A DNA stretch of 64,000 bases from Mobula hypostoma. Lineage: Eukaryota. The DNA lies in contig NC_086108.1 in NCBI RefSeq assembly GCF_963921235.1, positions 109,928,001 to 109,992,000 of the forward strand, in the 5' to 3' direction. The notes under the pieces are model-generated. The model was not told the origin of the DNA, did not search any database, and saw nothing but the letters and a program-made list of their open reading frames with translations. Both the position numbers and the translations under genes were made by a program. Below, one piece after another: positions 37,540 through 51,421 of this stretch (positions are counted from its first letter, which is position 1; each line of letters starts with the position of its first letter).

Positions 37540-39562
37540 CACAAAATTAAAAATATAGAACAAGTTTTAGTCCTACCTTCATCAAGGGGAAAGGACGGCA
37601 TATCGCAGCAGACCAAATGGAGGGAACTGGACCTGCTCTCACTGGAAGGCGACGGTTAATCTTCTGTCATGGTACCAGAACAGCATTCAGTCTCTGTTGA
37701 GAGGAGGGCAGGTGTTGAGAGGAGCATTTACTTCCCCTCATTGGGCAAAAAGAAACTGTTCCTTACACATGGGGTGAATGTCCAGCCTGACAGTGTGAAC
37801 CCGGACACCGTGCTCCAGAGAAGCAATCGGCCGACCTACTCAACACAAGAGATTCTGCGGATGCTGGAAATCCAGAGTAACACACACAAAATGCTGGAGG
37901 AACCCAGCAGGTCAGCCAGCATCTGTGGAGAGGAATAAACAGTCAACTTTTCTGTCCTGAAGAAGGGTCTTGTCTCAAATCATTGACTGTTTATTCCCTT
38001 CCATAGATGCTGCCTGACCTGCTGAGTTCCTCCAGTGCTTCCTGTTATTGCCACCAAGTTGCACAATTTGGTATTTTGTTCCCATTATGTCCCACTGGCA
38101 TCTAGCTGCTCACTAACCCCCCCCCCCACCCACCAAAACCTGTCCAACTCAACCTGCAGTTTCTCCCCGGTCTTCCCCCGCACTTACCCTGACCCCACAC
38201 CCTGCCCTGCCACCCAGCTCGGTGCCAAATAACCTCTTCCTCAATATCAACAGGACAAAGGAGATGTTACCGACTTCAGGAGAACTCCCTCCTCTCTTTA
38301 CATGGGTGGCAGTTTCAATCTCCTGGGAGCGTACATCACCCACAACCTCTCATGATCCTAGAACACATCCTGCACAATCAGGGAAGCTCATCGGTGCCTC
38401 TGCTTTCTGAGGAGAGCTGGCCTATGCACATCGAAACTCACGTCACTCTACATACCCCTACATGCATGCAGTAGGGAGAATCCTAACAAGCCGTGTCACT
38501 GCATGGTTTGAAAACTGTGCTGTGGGGGACAGGAAGCTCAACAATGGGGAGTCAAACTCCCCAATGCATCACTGGCATCAGCCTACCCACCATCACAGTC
38601 ATGTATGCAGAAACATAGAAGACCTACAGCACGATACAGGCCCTTCGGCCCACGATGCTGTGCCGAACATGTCCTTACCTTAGACATTGCCTTGGGTTAC
38701 CCATGGCCCTCTATTTTCCTAAGCTCCATGTACCTTAGGTCAGAAACATCATGAAGGATCCCACCCACCTTGCTCATGGACTGTTTGTCCCACTCCCATC
38801 AAGGAGGCTACATAGCATCCACACCAGGACCACCAGACTTAAAAACAGTTACTTTCTTCCCCAAGCAGCAAGTCCGATCAACACCTCCACCACTAACCCA
38901 CCCCTCCACACCCCAAACCACCACTACTTCATCATTTCCTGTCAGAGTCACCTTATGTACACACACTCCTATGTCTAGTGTCACTTTATACTGTAATTAT
39001 CTTGCTGTGTTATTTCTTGGTGTCGTATTGGATCTTTTAACAATTACTTCGTTCTCCTTTACACTTGTGTACTAAAAATGACATTAAACAATCTTGAATC
39101 TTGAATGTTGAGTTTTGAATCTACAAGCCTGGAGACACCACACATAATTTCTGAGTCCAATATTTCATGAATAGGAGGGTTCCCAGTGCTGACAAATAAA
39201 AATGTAACAAGTAAAATAAATGTAAAACATTAAAAGAGACAAGATTGTGAAAATGACATTGTACATGCTAAGATGTACAGATCATCCCCGGCAGGATGAG
39301 CTTCTCATTGGAACAGTAACTACATCTTAATCCTCACTGCCCTGATTTGGTTGTCACAAACAACACATTTCAGTCTGTGATTTCCTGTTCTCCCTGTGAC
39401 TGTGTGGGATTCCTCCAGCTGCTCCCACGTCCCTTCACTTCCCAAAGATGTAAGGGTTAAAGGTTAACACGAGCAATTCTGCAGATGCTGGAATTTCAAG
39501 CAACACACATCAAAGTTGCTGGTGAACGCAGCAGGCCAAGCAGCATCTCTAGGAAGAGGTAC

Positions 39563-39598
39563 AGTCGACGTTTCAGGCCAAGACCCTTCGTCAGGACT
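39563..39598 (-). ncRNA. Minimal type I hammerhead ribozyme motif
   Basis: AGUC CUGACGA A GGGU CUUG GCCU GAA ACGU C GACU. Confidence 0.75.
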
Positions 39599-40068
39599 AA
39601 CTGAAGGAAAAGCTAGTAAGAGATTTGAAAGTGGGAGGGGGAGGGGGAGATCCAAAATGATAGGAGAAGACAAGAGCTGGACAGGTGATTGGCAAAGAGG
39701 ATATGAGAGGATCATGGGACAGGCGGCCCAGGGAGAAGGAAAAGGGGGAGGGGAGGAAAACCCAGAGATGGGCAAGGGGCAGCATCTCTAGGAAGAGATA
39801 CAGTCGATGTTTTGGGCCAAGACACACATTCTTTCTCTCTATCTCCTTTTTCTCCCTCTGTCCCTCTGACTATACCCCTTGCCTATCCTCTGGGCTTTCC
39901 CCCATCCCCCTTTTCCTTCTCCTTGGGCCTCCTGTCCCGTGATCCTCTCATATCCCTTTTGTCAATCAACTGTCCAGCTCTTGGCTCCATCCCTCCCCCT
40001 CCTGTCTTCTCCTATCATTTTGGATCCCCGTGCCACTTTCAAATCTCTTACTAGCTCTTCCTTCAGTT

Positions 40069-40104
40069 AGTCCTGATGAAGGGTCCCGGCCCGAAACGTC
40101 GACT
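40069..40104 (+). ncRNA. Minimal type I hammerhead ribozyme motif
   Basis: AGUC CUGAUGA A GGGU CCCG GCCC GAA ACGU C GACU. Confidence 0.8.
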
Positions 40105-40209
40105 GTACCTCTTCCTAGAGATGCTGCCTGGCCTGCTGCGTTCACCAGCAGCTTTGATGAGGGTTAGAGGTTAGAAAGTTTTGGACATGCTGTGATGGTG
40201 CTGGAAGAC

Positions 40210-40672
40210 ATCAAGATAAGATATGGGGGCAGAATTAGGCCATTCAGCCCATTGAGTCTGCTCCGCCATTCCATCATGGCTGATTTACTATCCCTCTCAA
40301 CCCATTCTCCTCCCTTCTCCCCATAACCTTTTCATGCCCTTATTAATCAAAAGCCTACGACCCTCCACTTTAAATATACCCAATGACTTGGCTTCCACAG
40401 TCATCTGTTGCAATGAATTCCACAGACTCACTGTTAACTGGTTAAACAAGTTCCTCCTCATTTCTGTTTTAAAAGAATATCCTTGTAATCTGAGGCAGTA
40501 GCCTTTGGTCCTAAACTTCCCCCACTACAGGAAACATCCTCTTCACATCCACTCTATCTAGGCCTTTCAATATTCGATAGGTTTCAGTGAGATCCCTCCT
40601 CATTCTTCTAAACTCCAGTGAGTACAGGCCCAGAGCCATCAAACGCTCCTCATACTTTAACCCGTTCATTCT
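40210..40672 (-). mobile_element. CR1 3' fragment
   Basis: MNGLKYEERLMALGLYSLEFRRMRRDLTETYRILKGLDRVD plus 3' UTR. Confidence 0.85.
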
Positions 40673-42291
40673 CAGTAAGTGTGGCCACACTTGTGGGCTG
40701 CCCAGAGCACATCCTCGGACTGTGTTGCTTTTGACACAAATGCCACATTTCACTCCATGTTTTGATGTTTCAGTGTACGTGAGACAAATAAAACTAATCT
40801 CTTTAACCTTTTCCCGGTCCTCCCCACCCCTCAGCCTCATCACTTCCCCCCACCCCCCACATCAGCAGTAGAATCACCTATGCCAAACAGGTCAAAGGGC
40901 AGAGGCCAGACTAAGCGTGGTCCATCGGTCCTCCAAGTTCAGAGGTTCAGCTCAGGGCTACAACCCTCAATGGTCAAACAAAACTGTTACGAAATCGGCA
41001 ATCAAGAATCCTTCTATATCTGAGTGTGATGGTATTCCTGCATCCAATATATTCTATGAATAGGTAGGTTCGCAGCACCGACAAACTAAACTGTAACAAG
41101 TAAACAAAATGTAAAACTTGAGGAGACGGATTGTGATAATAACATGGTGTATAAAATAATGGTACAGATAAGCCCTGGCAGGGGAAGATTCTCATTGGAC
41201 CAGTAACCATGGCTTAATCCTCACTGCCCTGATTTCTCCAGAGATTTCAGCTTCCCGAACGTAACAGCTCCTGATTAGAACCTATAAATCTGTCCATTGG
41301 ACTTACACAGAACTGCTGAATGACACAGAAATGATCAGGACAAGAGACGTTTTATACTGTGCTTAACTCATTACAAAACACAGAAGTCATAAATGGGTAT
41401 ATGTGCAGTCAGATGACAATAACCTTGAACTTAATCACCTTGTCCTGTTTATCCTGCAGCAAGCATCCAGGGGTCCAGAAGCAGTAAAACGTAGAATCGG
41501 TCACGTAAGCAGTGAATACTTCCGTCCAACGAGAGGGCAGAGTTTTCAGGTGAGAGAGAGAGTTAATATGGTCCAGAGGAGCGAATATTTCACCCAGAGA
41601 GCGGTCCATTTACGGAACAGGTGCCAGAGGAGGTGGCTGTGGTAATGTACATTTTCCACCCTGGATGGAAATGGCTAATTCCAGCAGGCATAATTTTAGG
41701 TGATTGAAGGATAGCATAGTGGGAATTCAGAGGTAATTATTTTTTCTTTTCTTTTACACACAGAGAGTGCTGAGTGTATGATACACACTGCTGGGGTGGT
41801 GGTGGAGGCAGTTACGTCAGAGATATTTAAGAAACTCTGAGATAGGCACGTAGATGATAGAAAACTAGAGGGTTTATGTAGGAGGGAAGGGTTAGAATTC
41901 TCAGAGTTCCCAGCCTTTTTTATGCCCTGGACTAATACCATTAAGCAAAGGGGTCAATGGAAGGTTGGGAACCCCTGGGTTAGATTGATCTTAGAGCAAG
42001 TTAAAAGGTCAGCATAACATAGTGGGCCAAAAGGCCTGTACTGTGCTGTCATGATCAATGATCTATGTACGTCAACAATATTTAAAAGTCACTTGGACAA
42101 ATTCATGGATGCGATAGGTTTCAGGGGATATGGGCTAAAGACAGGCAAATGGGACTGACTTAAAAGGAAACCTTGGCTAGCATGGACCAGTTGGGCTGAA
42201 TGGCTTTTTCCCAGATCTATGTCGCTGAAGAATTATTTTCCCCATTGAACATTTACATCCACAGTCACCCAGAGAAAGATACTGTAGGTAG

Positions 42292-42292
<1 letters not shown>

Positions 42293-42348
<56 letters not shown>
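42293..42348. repeat. (CA)n microsatellite
   Basis: Near-perfect AC dinucleotide run with one interruption. Confidence 0.97.
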
Positions 42349-42352
<4 letters not shown>

Positions 42353-43663
42353 CTCTTGCAGGTTTATGACATTTCCACTCATTGTTCGAAAAATTAATTA
42401 AATAAAAATCTAACTTAACTGAACACGGAGAAGACCAAGGAAATGATTGTGTACTTTGGGAAGGTGCAGATGAACCGTTCCCCTCTGCAAATACATATCT
42501 CCTCCGTAGGGAAGAGTTAAATGCACCAGGTTCCTGGGAGTTCACATCATGGATGACTTCACCTGGTCCCTCAATATTACCTCCCTCCCATCCATCTGAG
42601 ACATTTATCAGGAGCGCTGTGTACACAGGCCCTTAGTATTATCAAGAATCCCACCCATCCATCCAGCATCCTCTTTGACTCTCTCCATCAGCAGGAGATT
42701 CTGATGCATATAAAAAACAGTCAGGATGAGAAACAGTTTCTTCCCTCAGGCTATTAGATTTCTGAAATCCTTGCTCCATCACACTCGAAGTGTTACCGGA
42801 TAATACCCTACAATGTTTAATTTATGCACTTTACTTTGTTTGTTTATGTGTAATTCATTTGTAAATTTAATTCCCTCTTACCCAAGTTATTGTGTGTTAT
42901 GTCTACTACAGTGCTTTACACCCTGGTCCGGAGAAACGTTCTCTCCACATGTACAGTATATAGTTAAACGACAGTAAACTTGACTTGACTTGAATTTGTT
43001 AGACTGGGATGTTGTGTTGAGATTGTATAAAATGTTGGTGAGGCCCAATTTGGAGTACTGTGTGCAGATTTGGTCACCTACCTACAGGAAAGATGTAAAC
43101 AAGGTTGAATGAGTACAGAGAAAATTTACAAAGATGTCGCTGGGTCTTGAGGACCTGAGTTATAGGGAAAGATTGAATAGATCGGGGCTTCATTTGCTGA
43201 AGTGTAGAAGAATGTGGGCAGATTTCATACCGGTTTACAAAATTATGAGGAGTGGAGATAGGGTAAATGTAAACAGGCGTTTTGCACTAAGATTAGAACT
43301 AGAGGTCATAGGTTAAGGGCAAAAGGTGAAAAGTTTAAGGGGAACATGAAGGGTAACTTCTTCACTCAGAGCATGGTGCAAGCTGCCAAGGTAAGTGATG
43401 TCATGACATTGAAGAGAAGTTGGGATCATACATGGATGGAGGGCTGTGGTCCAGGTACGGGTTGATGGGAAAAGACAGAATAATGTTTAGCACAGACTGG
43501 GTGGGCTGAAGGGTCTGGTTCTGCATTGTACAGCTCTCTGTCTCTGAGTACATGAATGCAGTGAGAAACTTCTTGGAGCAAACACACAGCTTCAGATACA
43601 CAGCATTCACGAGAAAACATAAATGGAACAGCAGTATGCCGGAAATTCGAGAGTGCCTGGGGC

Positions 43664-45110
43664 AAAGTGCGTGAAGTTACCGTTACCAGGGAGAAGGTTC
43701 TTGGGAAAACTGAAAGGTCTGAAGGTAGATAAGTCACCTGGACCAGATGGACTACACCCCAGAGTTCTGAAAGAGGAGGCTGAGGAGATTGGGGAAGCAT
43801 TACTAATCATCTTTCTAGACTCAGTTGATTCTGGCATGGTTCCGGAGGAATAGAAAATTGCAAATGTCACTCCACTCTTCAAGAAGGGAGAGAAGCAGAA
43901 GAAAGGAAACTATAGGCCAGTTAGTCTAACCTCAATGGTTAGAAAGATGTTGGAGTCAATTCTTAAGGTTGTGGTTTCAGGGTACTTGGAGGCACATGAT
44001 AAAATAGACCGTAGACAGCATGGTTTCTTCAAGGGAAAATCTTGCCTGACCAATTTGTTGGACTTCTTTGAAGAAATAACAAGCAGGATAGGCAAACGAG
44101 AATTGGTTAATGCTGTGTATTTGGATTTTCAAAAGGCCTTTGACCAGGTGCCACATATAAGGCTGCAGGAGACAAAGAGTGGAAATAAAGGGAGCCCTTT
44201 CTGGTTGGCTGCCTGCGACTGCTGGTGTTCCACAGGGATCTGTGTTGGGACCGCTTCTTTATATGTTATATGTCAATGATTTGAATGACGGAATTGATGG
44301 CTTTGTGGCCATGTTGGGAAGTGTATGGTCATGCACTTTGGTAGAAGAAATAGAAGTGTAGATGATTTTCTAAATGGAGAGGAAATTCAAAAATTCTGAG
44401 GTGCAAAGTCCCCGTACAGGATTCCCTGAGGATTAATTTGCAGGTTGAATCTGGTGAGGAAGGTAAATGAAACATTAGCATTCATTCTGAGAAGACTAGA
44501 ATATAAAAGCAAGGATGTAATGTTGAGACTTTATAATGCACTGGTGAGGCCTCACGTGGAGTATTGTGAACAGCTTTGAGCCCCTTATCTAAGAAAAGAT
44601 ATGCTGACATTGGAAAAGTTTCAGAGGAGATTCAGGAGAATGATTCTGGAATTCAAAAGGCTTATTATCTCAGGAGCATTTGATGACTCTGGGCTCTACT
44701 CACTGGAATTCAGAGGAATGAAGGGTGACCTCATCAAAAACTATCAAATGTTGAAAGGCCCTGATAGAGTGGATGTGCAGAGGATTATTTCCTATGGTGG
44801 AGGAGGCTAAGACCAGAGGACACAGCCTCAGAATAGAGGGGCATCATTTTAGAATGGAGATGAGGAAGAACTTCTTTAGCCAGAGAGTGGTGAATCTGTG
44901 GAGTTAGTTGCCACAGGCAGCTATGCAGACCAAGTCATTGGGTATATTTAAGGCAGATGTTGATAGATTCTTGATTTGTCAGGGCATGCAGGGATATGGG
45001 GAAAAGGCAGGAGCTTGAGGCTGAGCAGGAAAATGGATTAGCCGTGATGAAATGGTGGAATAGATTCAATGGGCCAAATGGCCTTATTCTTCTCCCATGT
45101 CGATGATCTT
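43664..45110 (+). mobile_element. Decayed CR1 ORF2 RT fragment
   Basis: DKSPGPDGLHPRVLKE, QHGFFKGKSCLTNLLDFFEE and GVPQGSVLGPLL; internal deletions and stops. Confidence 0.9.
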
Positions 45111-45224
45111 ATGAAAACATGAGTTACACACAATTTTTACTAGAAAGAATACAATTAGCCCAAAAAAAAAAGAAATCAATTTCAGTGCAAGGTGTTGCTA
45201 AACTCTAGTGATTAGGGTTTTATT

Positions 45225-46025
45225 GGTCATACACTTTGTGGAAGAAATAAACTGGCAGACTATTATTTATATGGGAAGAGAATTCAAAATGCAAAGATGC
45301 AAAGGGATTTGGGAGTCCTTGTGCAGGATATCCTAAAGGTTAACCTCCAGGTTGAGTCGGTTGTGAAAAAGGCGAATACAACTTTGGCATTCATTTCTAG
45401 AGGTATAGAATATAAGAGCAGGGATGTGATGTTGAGGCTCTATAAGGCACTCGTGAGACCACACTTGGAGTATTGTGTGCAGTTTTGGGCTCCTTATTTT
45501 AGAAAGGATATAATGACATTGGAGAAGGTTCAGAGAAGATTCACAAGAATGATTCCAGGAATGAAAGGGTTACCGTATGAGGAACATCTGGCAGCTCATG
45601 GGCTGTATTCCCTTGAGTTCAGAAGAATGAGGGGGGATCTCATAGAAACATTGCGAATGTTAAAAGGCCTGAACAGATTAGATATGGCAAAGTTATTTCC
45701 CATGGTAGGGGATTCTAGGACAAGAGGGAACGACCTCAGGATTGAAAGCCGTCCATTTAGAACAGAGATGCGGAGAAATTACTTTAGTCAGAGGGTGGTA
45801 AATCTGTGGAATTTGTTGTCACGAGTGGCTGTGGAGGCCAAGTCATTGGGTGCATTTAAGGCAGAGCTGGATACGTTCTTGATTAGCCAGGGCATCAAAG
45901 GGTATGGGGTGAAGGCAGGGGAGTGGGAATGACTGGAAGAATTAGATCAGCCCATGACTGAATGGTGGAGCAGATTCAATGGGCTGAATGGCCTGCTTCT
46001 GCTCCTATATCTTATGGTCTTATGT
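45225..46025 (+). mobile_element. CR1 3' fragment with open ORF2 C-terminus (45297-45932)
   Basis: QRDLGVLV..LYKALVRPHLEYCVQFWAP..FSQRVVNLWN; (TCTTATGG)n tail. Confidence 0.92.
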
Positions 46026-47014
46026 TGGTTGATTCAAGAACGGAACGACTGAAGGAAAGTGGTTGTCCTTGAACCTGGTGGTGTGAGACTTCAGGCGTCT
46101 GAACCTCCTGTCTGATGGTAGCAATGAGAAGAGGACGTGGTCTGCACGGTGGGGATCAATGATGGACAGATGTGCCCCTGAAGAACTGGGCTGAGTTCAT
46201 TGCTCTCTACAGCTTATATCCCTGGGCCATTGCACCAGACTGTGAAGGAATGTGGAGATTCGCATGGCAGGAGGCTGTTTGAGCATACGGAATTGCTGGA
46301 AGTGTTTCCTTTCAGAGGAGCACTAAACCAAGACCCATCTGTCCAAATTTACTGATTCCAAGAGTGTCCCGACCCGCACAGCTCGACACTCCTCTGCCAA
46401 CCAACAGAGATGAAAATAATTCGGACTGGCAGCTGATTCACCACACATCCTGCACTCCACAAAACATGCATCCGTAAACACAGTCCTTTCAAAGACAATA
46501 ATTGCTGAATATATGCTTACTGGGAAATGATAGAGTTATAGCAAGTGTAGAACACAAACAGGTCTAGTGGAGAGCATTCTAACTGGTTGCGTCACTATCC
46601 GGTTTGAAAAAGCTGCAGAAAGTTGTAAGCTCAGCCAGCTCCATCATGGGCACTGACTCCAGCACCACCACACCCCCCACCACCCCAACCATCAAGGACA
46701 TCTTCAACAGGCGATGCTTCAAATAGGTGGCATCATCATTAAGTACCTCTGTCTGCCCTCTTCTCAATCATGGAAGTGGTACAGGAGCCTGAAGACACAC
46801 ACTCAGCATTTCAGGAAGATGAGACAAGTTGCAGATGCTGGAAGTCCCAGCAACACACGCAAAGTGCTGAGTTGCTCCAGTATTTTGTGTGTGTTGTTCG
46901 ATGTCTCAGGAACAGCTTCTTCCCCTCCATCATCAGATTTCTGAACAGACAATGAATCCATTAACATTATCTCCTTATTTTTATTCTCTCTTTTTGTACT
47001 ATTTTCTTAATTTA

Positions 47015-47585
47015 GGCTCCTTCAGGTTGTTACAGCTAGGGGTGGTAATGGGGACAAGCTCCCACTACCTATTAAGTAATCCCAACGGTGTGTGTCTCAA
47101 ATAGCCTCTGACAACTAAGTCCAGCTCCTGTCCTTCACGTGTGGCTTAGCTACTAACCGTATCTACTGAAGGGGAAGGGCAAAGATGGGTTACTGGTGCC
47201 TTAAACCCGGTCACTTCAGGCAGATGGGGCTCATTAGCTGTGACTGGCAGCTCATCTAGGAGAAGGGAAACTCTTATCCCATACCTTCGCTGCCTTGAAG
47301 CTACACCCACTCATGGGGAAGGCTTTGGGAGTAAATCCTAAGGGAAACATCTGGAATTGGAGTCCCTAAGGCAGTCCTACATTGAGTTCAACGCTGACTG
47401 GCAGCTCCTGTGATGCTGCTGGGACCAAACTGTGTCGGTCTCTGCCGTTCCTTTGGGTTCACCAGATGCATGGAGAGGGGGAGCCTGCTCCATGGGGAAC
47501 AGTTTGCTCTCCATATCGTACTACCCTGGCTTGCGTATCTAGAAAGCTAGGACACGACATCCATGGTCAACCCCAACCGGAGGCC
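47015..47585 (+). mobile_element. RTE-type non-autonomous element, copy C
   Basis: Begins ggctccttcaggttgtt and is the reverse complement of copies A and B; small deletion in the ribozyme-like region. Confidence 0.7.
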
Positions 47586-49569
47586 TCACTCAATTTAATT
47601 TTTATATACTATGCACTTCTTACTGTAATTTATAGTTTTATCATGTACTGCACCGTACAGCAGCCGCATAAGAACAAATTTCACGACATACATTCGCCAG
47701 TTATATTAAACCTGATTTGGACAGTGTACATTGGCCATCAGTCACTCATTTACTTCACCTTCGTTGCTAAGCCCACATTAATCCTGTTTATTTTTATTCT
47801 CTCTGCATTCCCAGCAATTTCCCTCCCTATGTCATCAGCATCATCACCTCATATTCTTCTTGGGATGTCTGCAACCTGGTGACACGAACATCAGGATTTA
47901 AGATTGCTTATGGCCTGGGAGCGGGTGGATGAGACTAGGCAGATTAATGGTTCAGCAGAGACTCAATGGGCCGAAGGGCCTGTCCCTGTGCTGTAGTGTT
48001 CTATGATTCTATTCAAGGTTGTTCATTGTCATTCTTCAGTACACAAACGTAAAGGAGAACAAAATGATTGTTATTCCCCCTCTGTCCCTTTTCCCACCTT
48101 TCTCTTTTGCTCTCTCTCCTCCTGGTCGACTAGGACCCCACCACCACGTTTCCCCTCCTCCCATCTGCCCTTCACTCCTCCCCACCCCCCACTGGTTCCC
48201 TCCTTGCCATGGTTCCATGCTCCACCGTCCTCTCCAATCAGATGCCATCACCTTTCGGTCCTTTGTGCCTTCCTCCACTCAGTCCCCTCCCAGCTTCTGA
48301 CATTATTCCCACTCTCTCCTGTCTGTCATTCTCCTCACCCCACGACGTGCTCCAGCCCACCTCTCTCTCCCTCTTCTAGCCCTGACGATGGGCAAAGTGA
48401 AAGGAAATTAATTATCACGATACATGTTTGTCACCATATGCAGTCTTGAGATTCATTTTCTTGCGGGCATTCACAGGAAAATAAGTGCAATAGAATTTAT
48501 GGAAAACTATGCATAAAGACTGATCAACCAATGTGCAAAAGAAGACAAATTGTGCAAAAAAATAAGAAGAAGAAGAAGAAGATGAGTTACGGATTTCTTG
48601 TAAGTGAGTCTATAGGTTGTAGAATCAGTTCAGAATTGAGGCGAGTGAAGTTATCCCCTTGGGTTCAGAAGTCTGATGGTTGAAGGGTAATAACCGTTCC
48701 TGAACCTGGTGGTGTGGGACCTGAGACTCCTGTATCTCCTTCCCGATGGCAGCAGTGAGAAGAGAGCATGGGCTCGATGGTGGGGGTCCTTAATAATGGA
48801 TGCTCTTTCTTGCGGCAGTGCTCCTCATAGATGTGTTCAATGGTGGGAAAGGGCTTTGCCTGGGCTGTAACCACCACTTTCTGTAGACTTTTCCATTCCT
48901 GGGTATTGGTGTTTCCGTGCCAGGCTGTGATACAACCAGTCAGGATACTCTCCACTGTGCATCTATAGAAGTTTGTCAAAGCTTTAAATGACAGGCTGAA
49001 TCTACACAAATGTACATGTACAGGCTCTGTCGTGCCTCCTCTGTGATCACACCTACGTTTGACCTGAAACGTTGACTGTCCATTTCCCTCCACAGATGCT
49101 CTTTGAGCCGTTGAGTTCCTCCAGCATTTTGTGTGTTTCGTCATTTACAGCATCTTCAGTCCCTTGTATCTTCTGGAATCTACTTTTCAGCTACAGGGGC
49201 CAATTAACCTACCAACTCACACGTTTCGGGATGACAGTGGAAACTGGAACACCCCAGGGGAAACCTACATGATCACAGGGAGAACATGCAAACTCCACAG
49301 AGACAGCGTTGGGTCTCTGGTGCTGTACCACATTGTGATTACCCATATCGCTGACCAACTCCATCACAAGCACAGCCCGTCCCACCATCAAGGACATCCT
49401 TAAGAGACGACGCCTCAAGAAGGCAGCATCCATCCTTAAGGACCGATATCTGGGACATGCCCTCTTCTCGTTACTAGCATCAGGGAGGAGGTACAGGAGC
49501 CTGAAGACAAAATCGAATTCCAAACTCCAACGCCCTGAGTTGTTACAGTGTCACGCTAACTGCTAAGCA

Positions 49570-51105
49570 AACCTCATCTCTGAGGCTGAGGTACGCAGGC
49601 GTTTCCAGCAAGTGGACAGTCACGAGGCTGCGGGACCGGACGGCACCCCAGGGCGGGTACTCAGGATGTGTGCAGCACAACTGGCAGGTGTGTTTACAGA
49701 CATTCTTAATCTCTCCCTCTCCCAGTGTAGACTGCCCTCCTGCTTCAAATTATCCACCATTGTCCCTGTACCAAAAAAGACCAAGGTAACATGTCTGAAC
49801 GACTGGTGTCCTGTCACACTCATCTCAATAATAAGCAAATGCTTTGAGAGGCTGGTCAAGGACTACATCTGCAGCTTGCTTCCACCCACACTGGACCCCC
49901 TACAATTCACCTACTGACACAACCGATCGACAGATGACACAATAGCCACTGCTCTACATATTGTTCTTACACATCTGGAGAAGAAGGATGCTTATGTGAG
50001 AATGCTGTTCTTGGACTACAGTTCAGCATTCAACACCTTAGTTCCATCCAGGCTTGACAAGAAGCTCAGAGACCTCGGCCTTCACCCTGCCTTGCGCAGC
50101 TGGATCCTGGACTTCCTGTCAGATCGCCAGCAGGTCGTAGGAGTGAGCTCCCTCACCTCCAACCCTCTGACTCTCAATACAGGAGCCCCTCAGGGCTGTG
50201 TACTGAGTCCCCTCCTTTACTCCCTGTATACACATGACTGTGTCACCACCCCCAGCTCCAACCTGTTAATTAAATTTGCCAACAACACGGCATTGATTGG
50301 CCTCATCTCAAACAATAACGAGATGGCCTACAGGGAAGAAGTCATCTCTCTGATACAGTGGTGTCAAGAAAACAACCTCTCCCTCAATTTTGCAAAAACA
50401 AGGGAGTTGGTTGTGGATTACAGTAGGAATGGAGAAGGGCTAACCCCTATTGACATCAATGGATCTAGGGTTGAGAGGCCAAACAGCTTCAAGTTCCTTG
50501 GCATCCACATCACCGAGAACCTCACGTGATTTGTGCATACCAGCTGTGTGGTGAAAAAGGCACAACAGTGCCTCTTTCACCTCAGACGGTTGGGGTGGTT
50601 TGGTATGGGCCCCCAAATCCTAAGAACTTTCAACAGGGGCACAATTGAGGGCATCCTGACTGGCTGCATCACTGTCTGGTATGGGAACTGTAACTCCCTT
50701 AATCGCAGGACTCTGGCAGGACTCTGCAGAGAGTGGTACGGACAGCCCAGCACATCTGTAGATGTGAACTTCCCACTATTCAGGACATTTACAAGGACAG
50801 GTGTGTAAAAAGGGCCCGTAGTTGAGTCACCCCAACCACAATTTATTCCAGCTGCTACCTTCCGGGAAACGGTACCGCAGCATAAGAGCCAGGACCAACG
50901 GGCTCCGGGACAGCTTCTTCCACCAGGCCATCAGACTGATGAACCTCACGCTGATTTGAGTGTACTCTGTATTACACTGACTGTTCTATTTATTATAAAT
51001 CATAAATTACTATGGTTGCGCGTGGCACATTTAGACAGAGACGTAACATAAAGATTTTTACTCATGTATGTGAAGGATGTAAGAAATAAAGTCATTTCAA
51101 TTCAA
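49570..51105 (+). mobile_element. Rex1/Babar LINE, 5'-truncated
   Basis: AAGPDGTPGRVLRMCAAQLAGVFTDILNLSL and [39 protein letters not shown] plus (TTCAA)n tail. Confidence 0.92.
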
Positions 51106-51173
51106 CCGTGGTGTCCAAAAGTAAACTACACTGTAGTTTCTCCCGTCTCAGCAAGATGGAAGTTTTAGTGCCA

Positions 51174-51421
51174 ATGAGTCACAACGGTCGGGGTAAGCCC
51201 AGCTGCTAAAGGAGAAAGGTTGGACATGGGACCTGTAAAAAACACAGTACTACACAACCAGCAACAGAAGCTCCGAAGTCCTCATCCCAGGGAGAGGCAG
51301 GGCCTTTGAAGATGGGCTGCAGCTGGGGAACAAGTTGAAAGACTGACCGAGGACAGAAGCCGCTGGCGAGCTGCGGTCAGCGGCTCATGCCCTGTAGGGG
51401 TGATGGACTTAAGCAAGTAAG
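51174..51421 (+). mobile_element. Short RTE-derived element with TSD
   Basis: 9-bp TSD TTAGTGCCA at 51165-51173 and 51422-51430. The 3' end reads EDRSRWRAAVSG (RTE C-terminal-like), followed by a (TAAG)n-like tail. Confidence 0.8.

Larger units (their letters stand above)
39470..40160. mobile_element. Inverted pair of Penelope pLTR fragments
   Basis: ~39510-39780 is the imperfect reverse complement of ~39860-40160, with a third partial copy at ~39780-39822. Confidence 0.85.

Noticed and set aside
41460..41549. Plus-strand 90-nt exon-like segment (QASRGPEAVKRRIGHV..)
   Set aside because: The donor site comes from a CR1 remnant (RGQSFQVR motif), and the peptide matches nothing I recognise.
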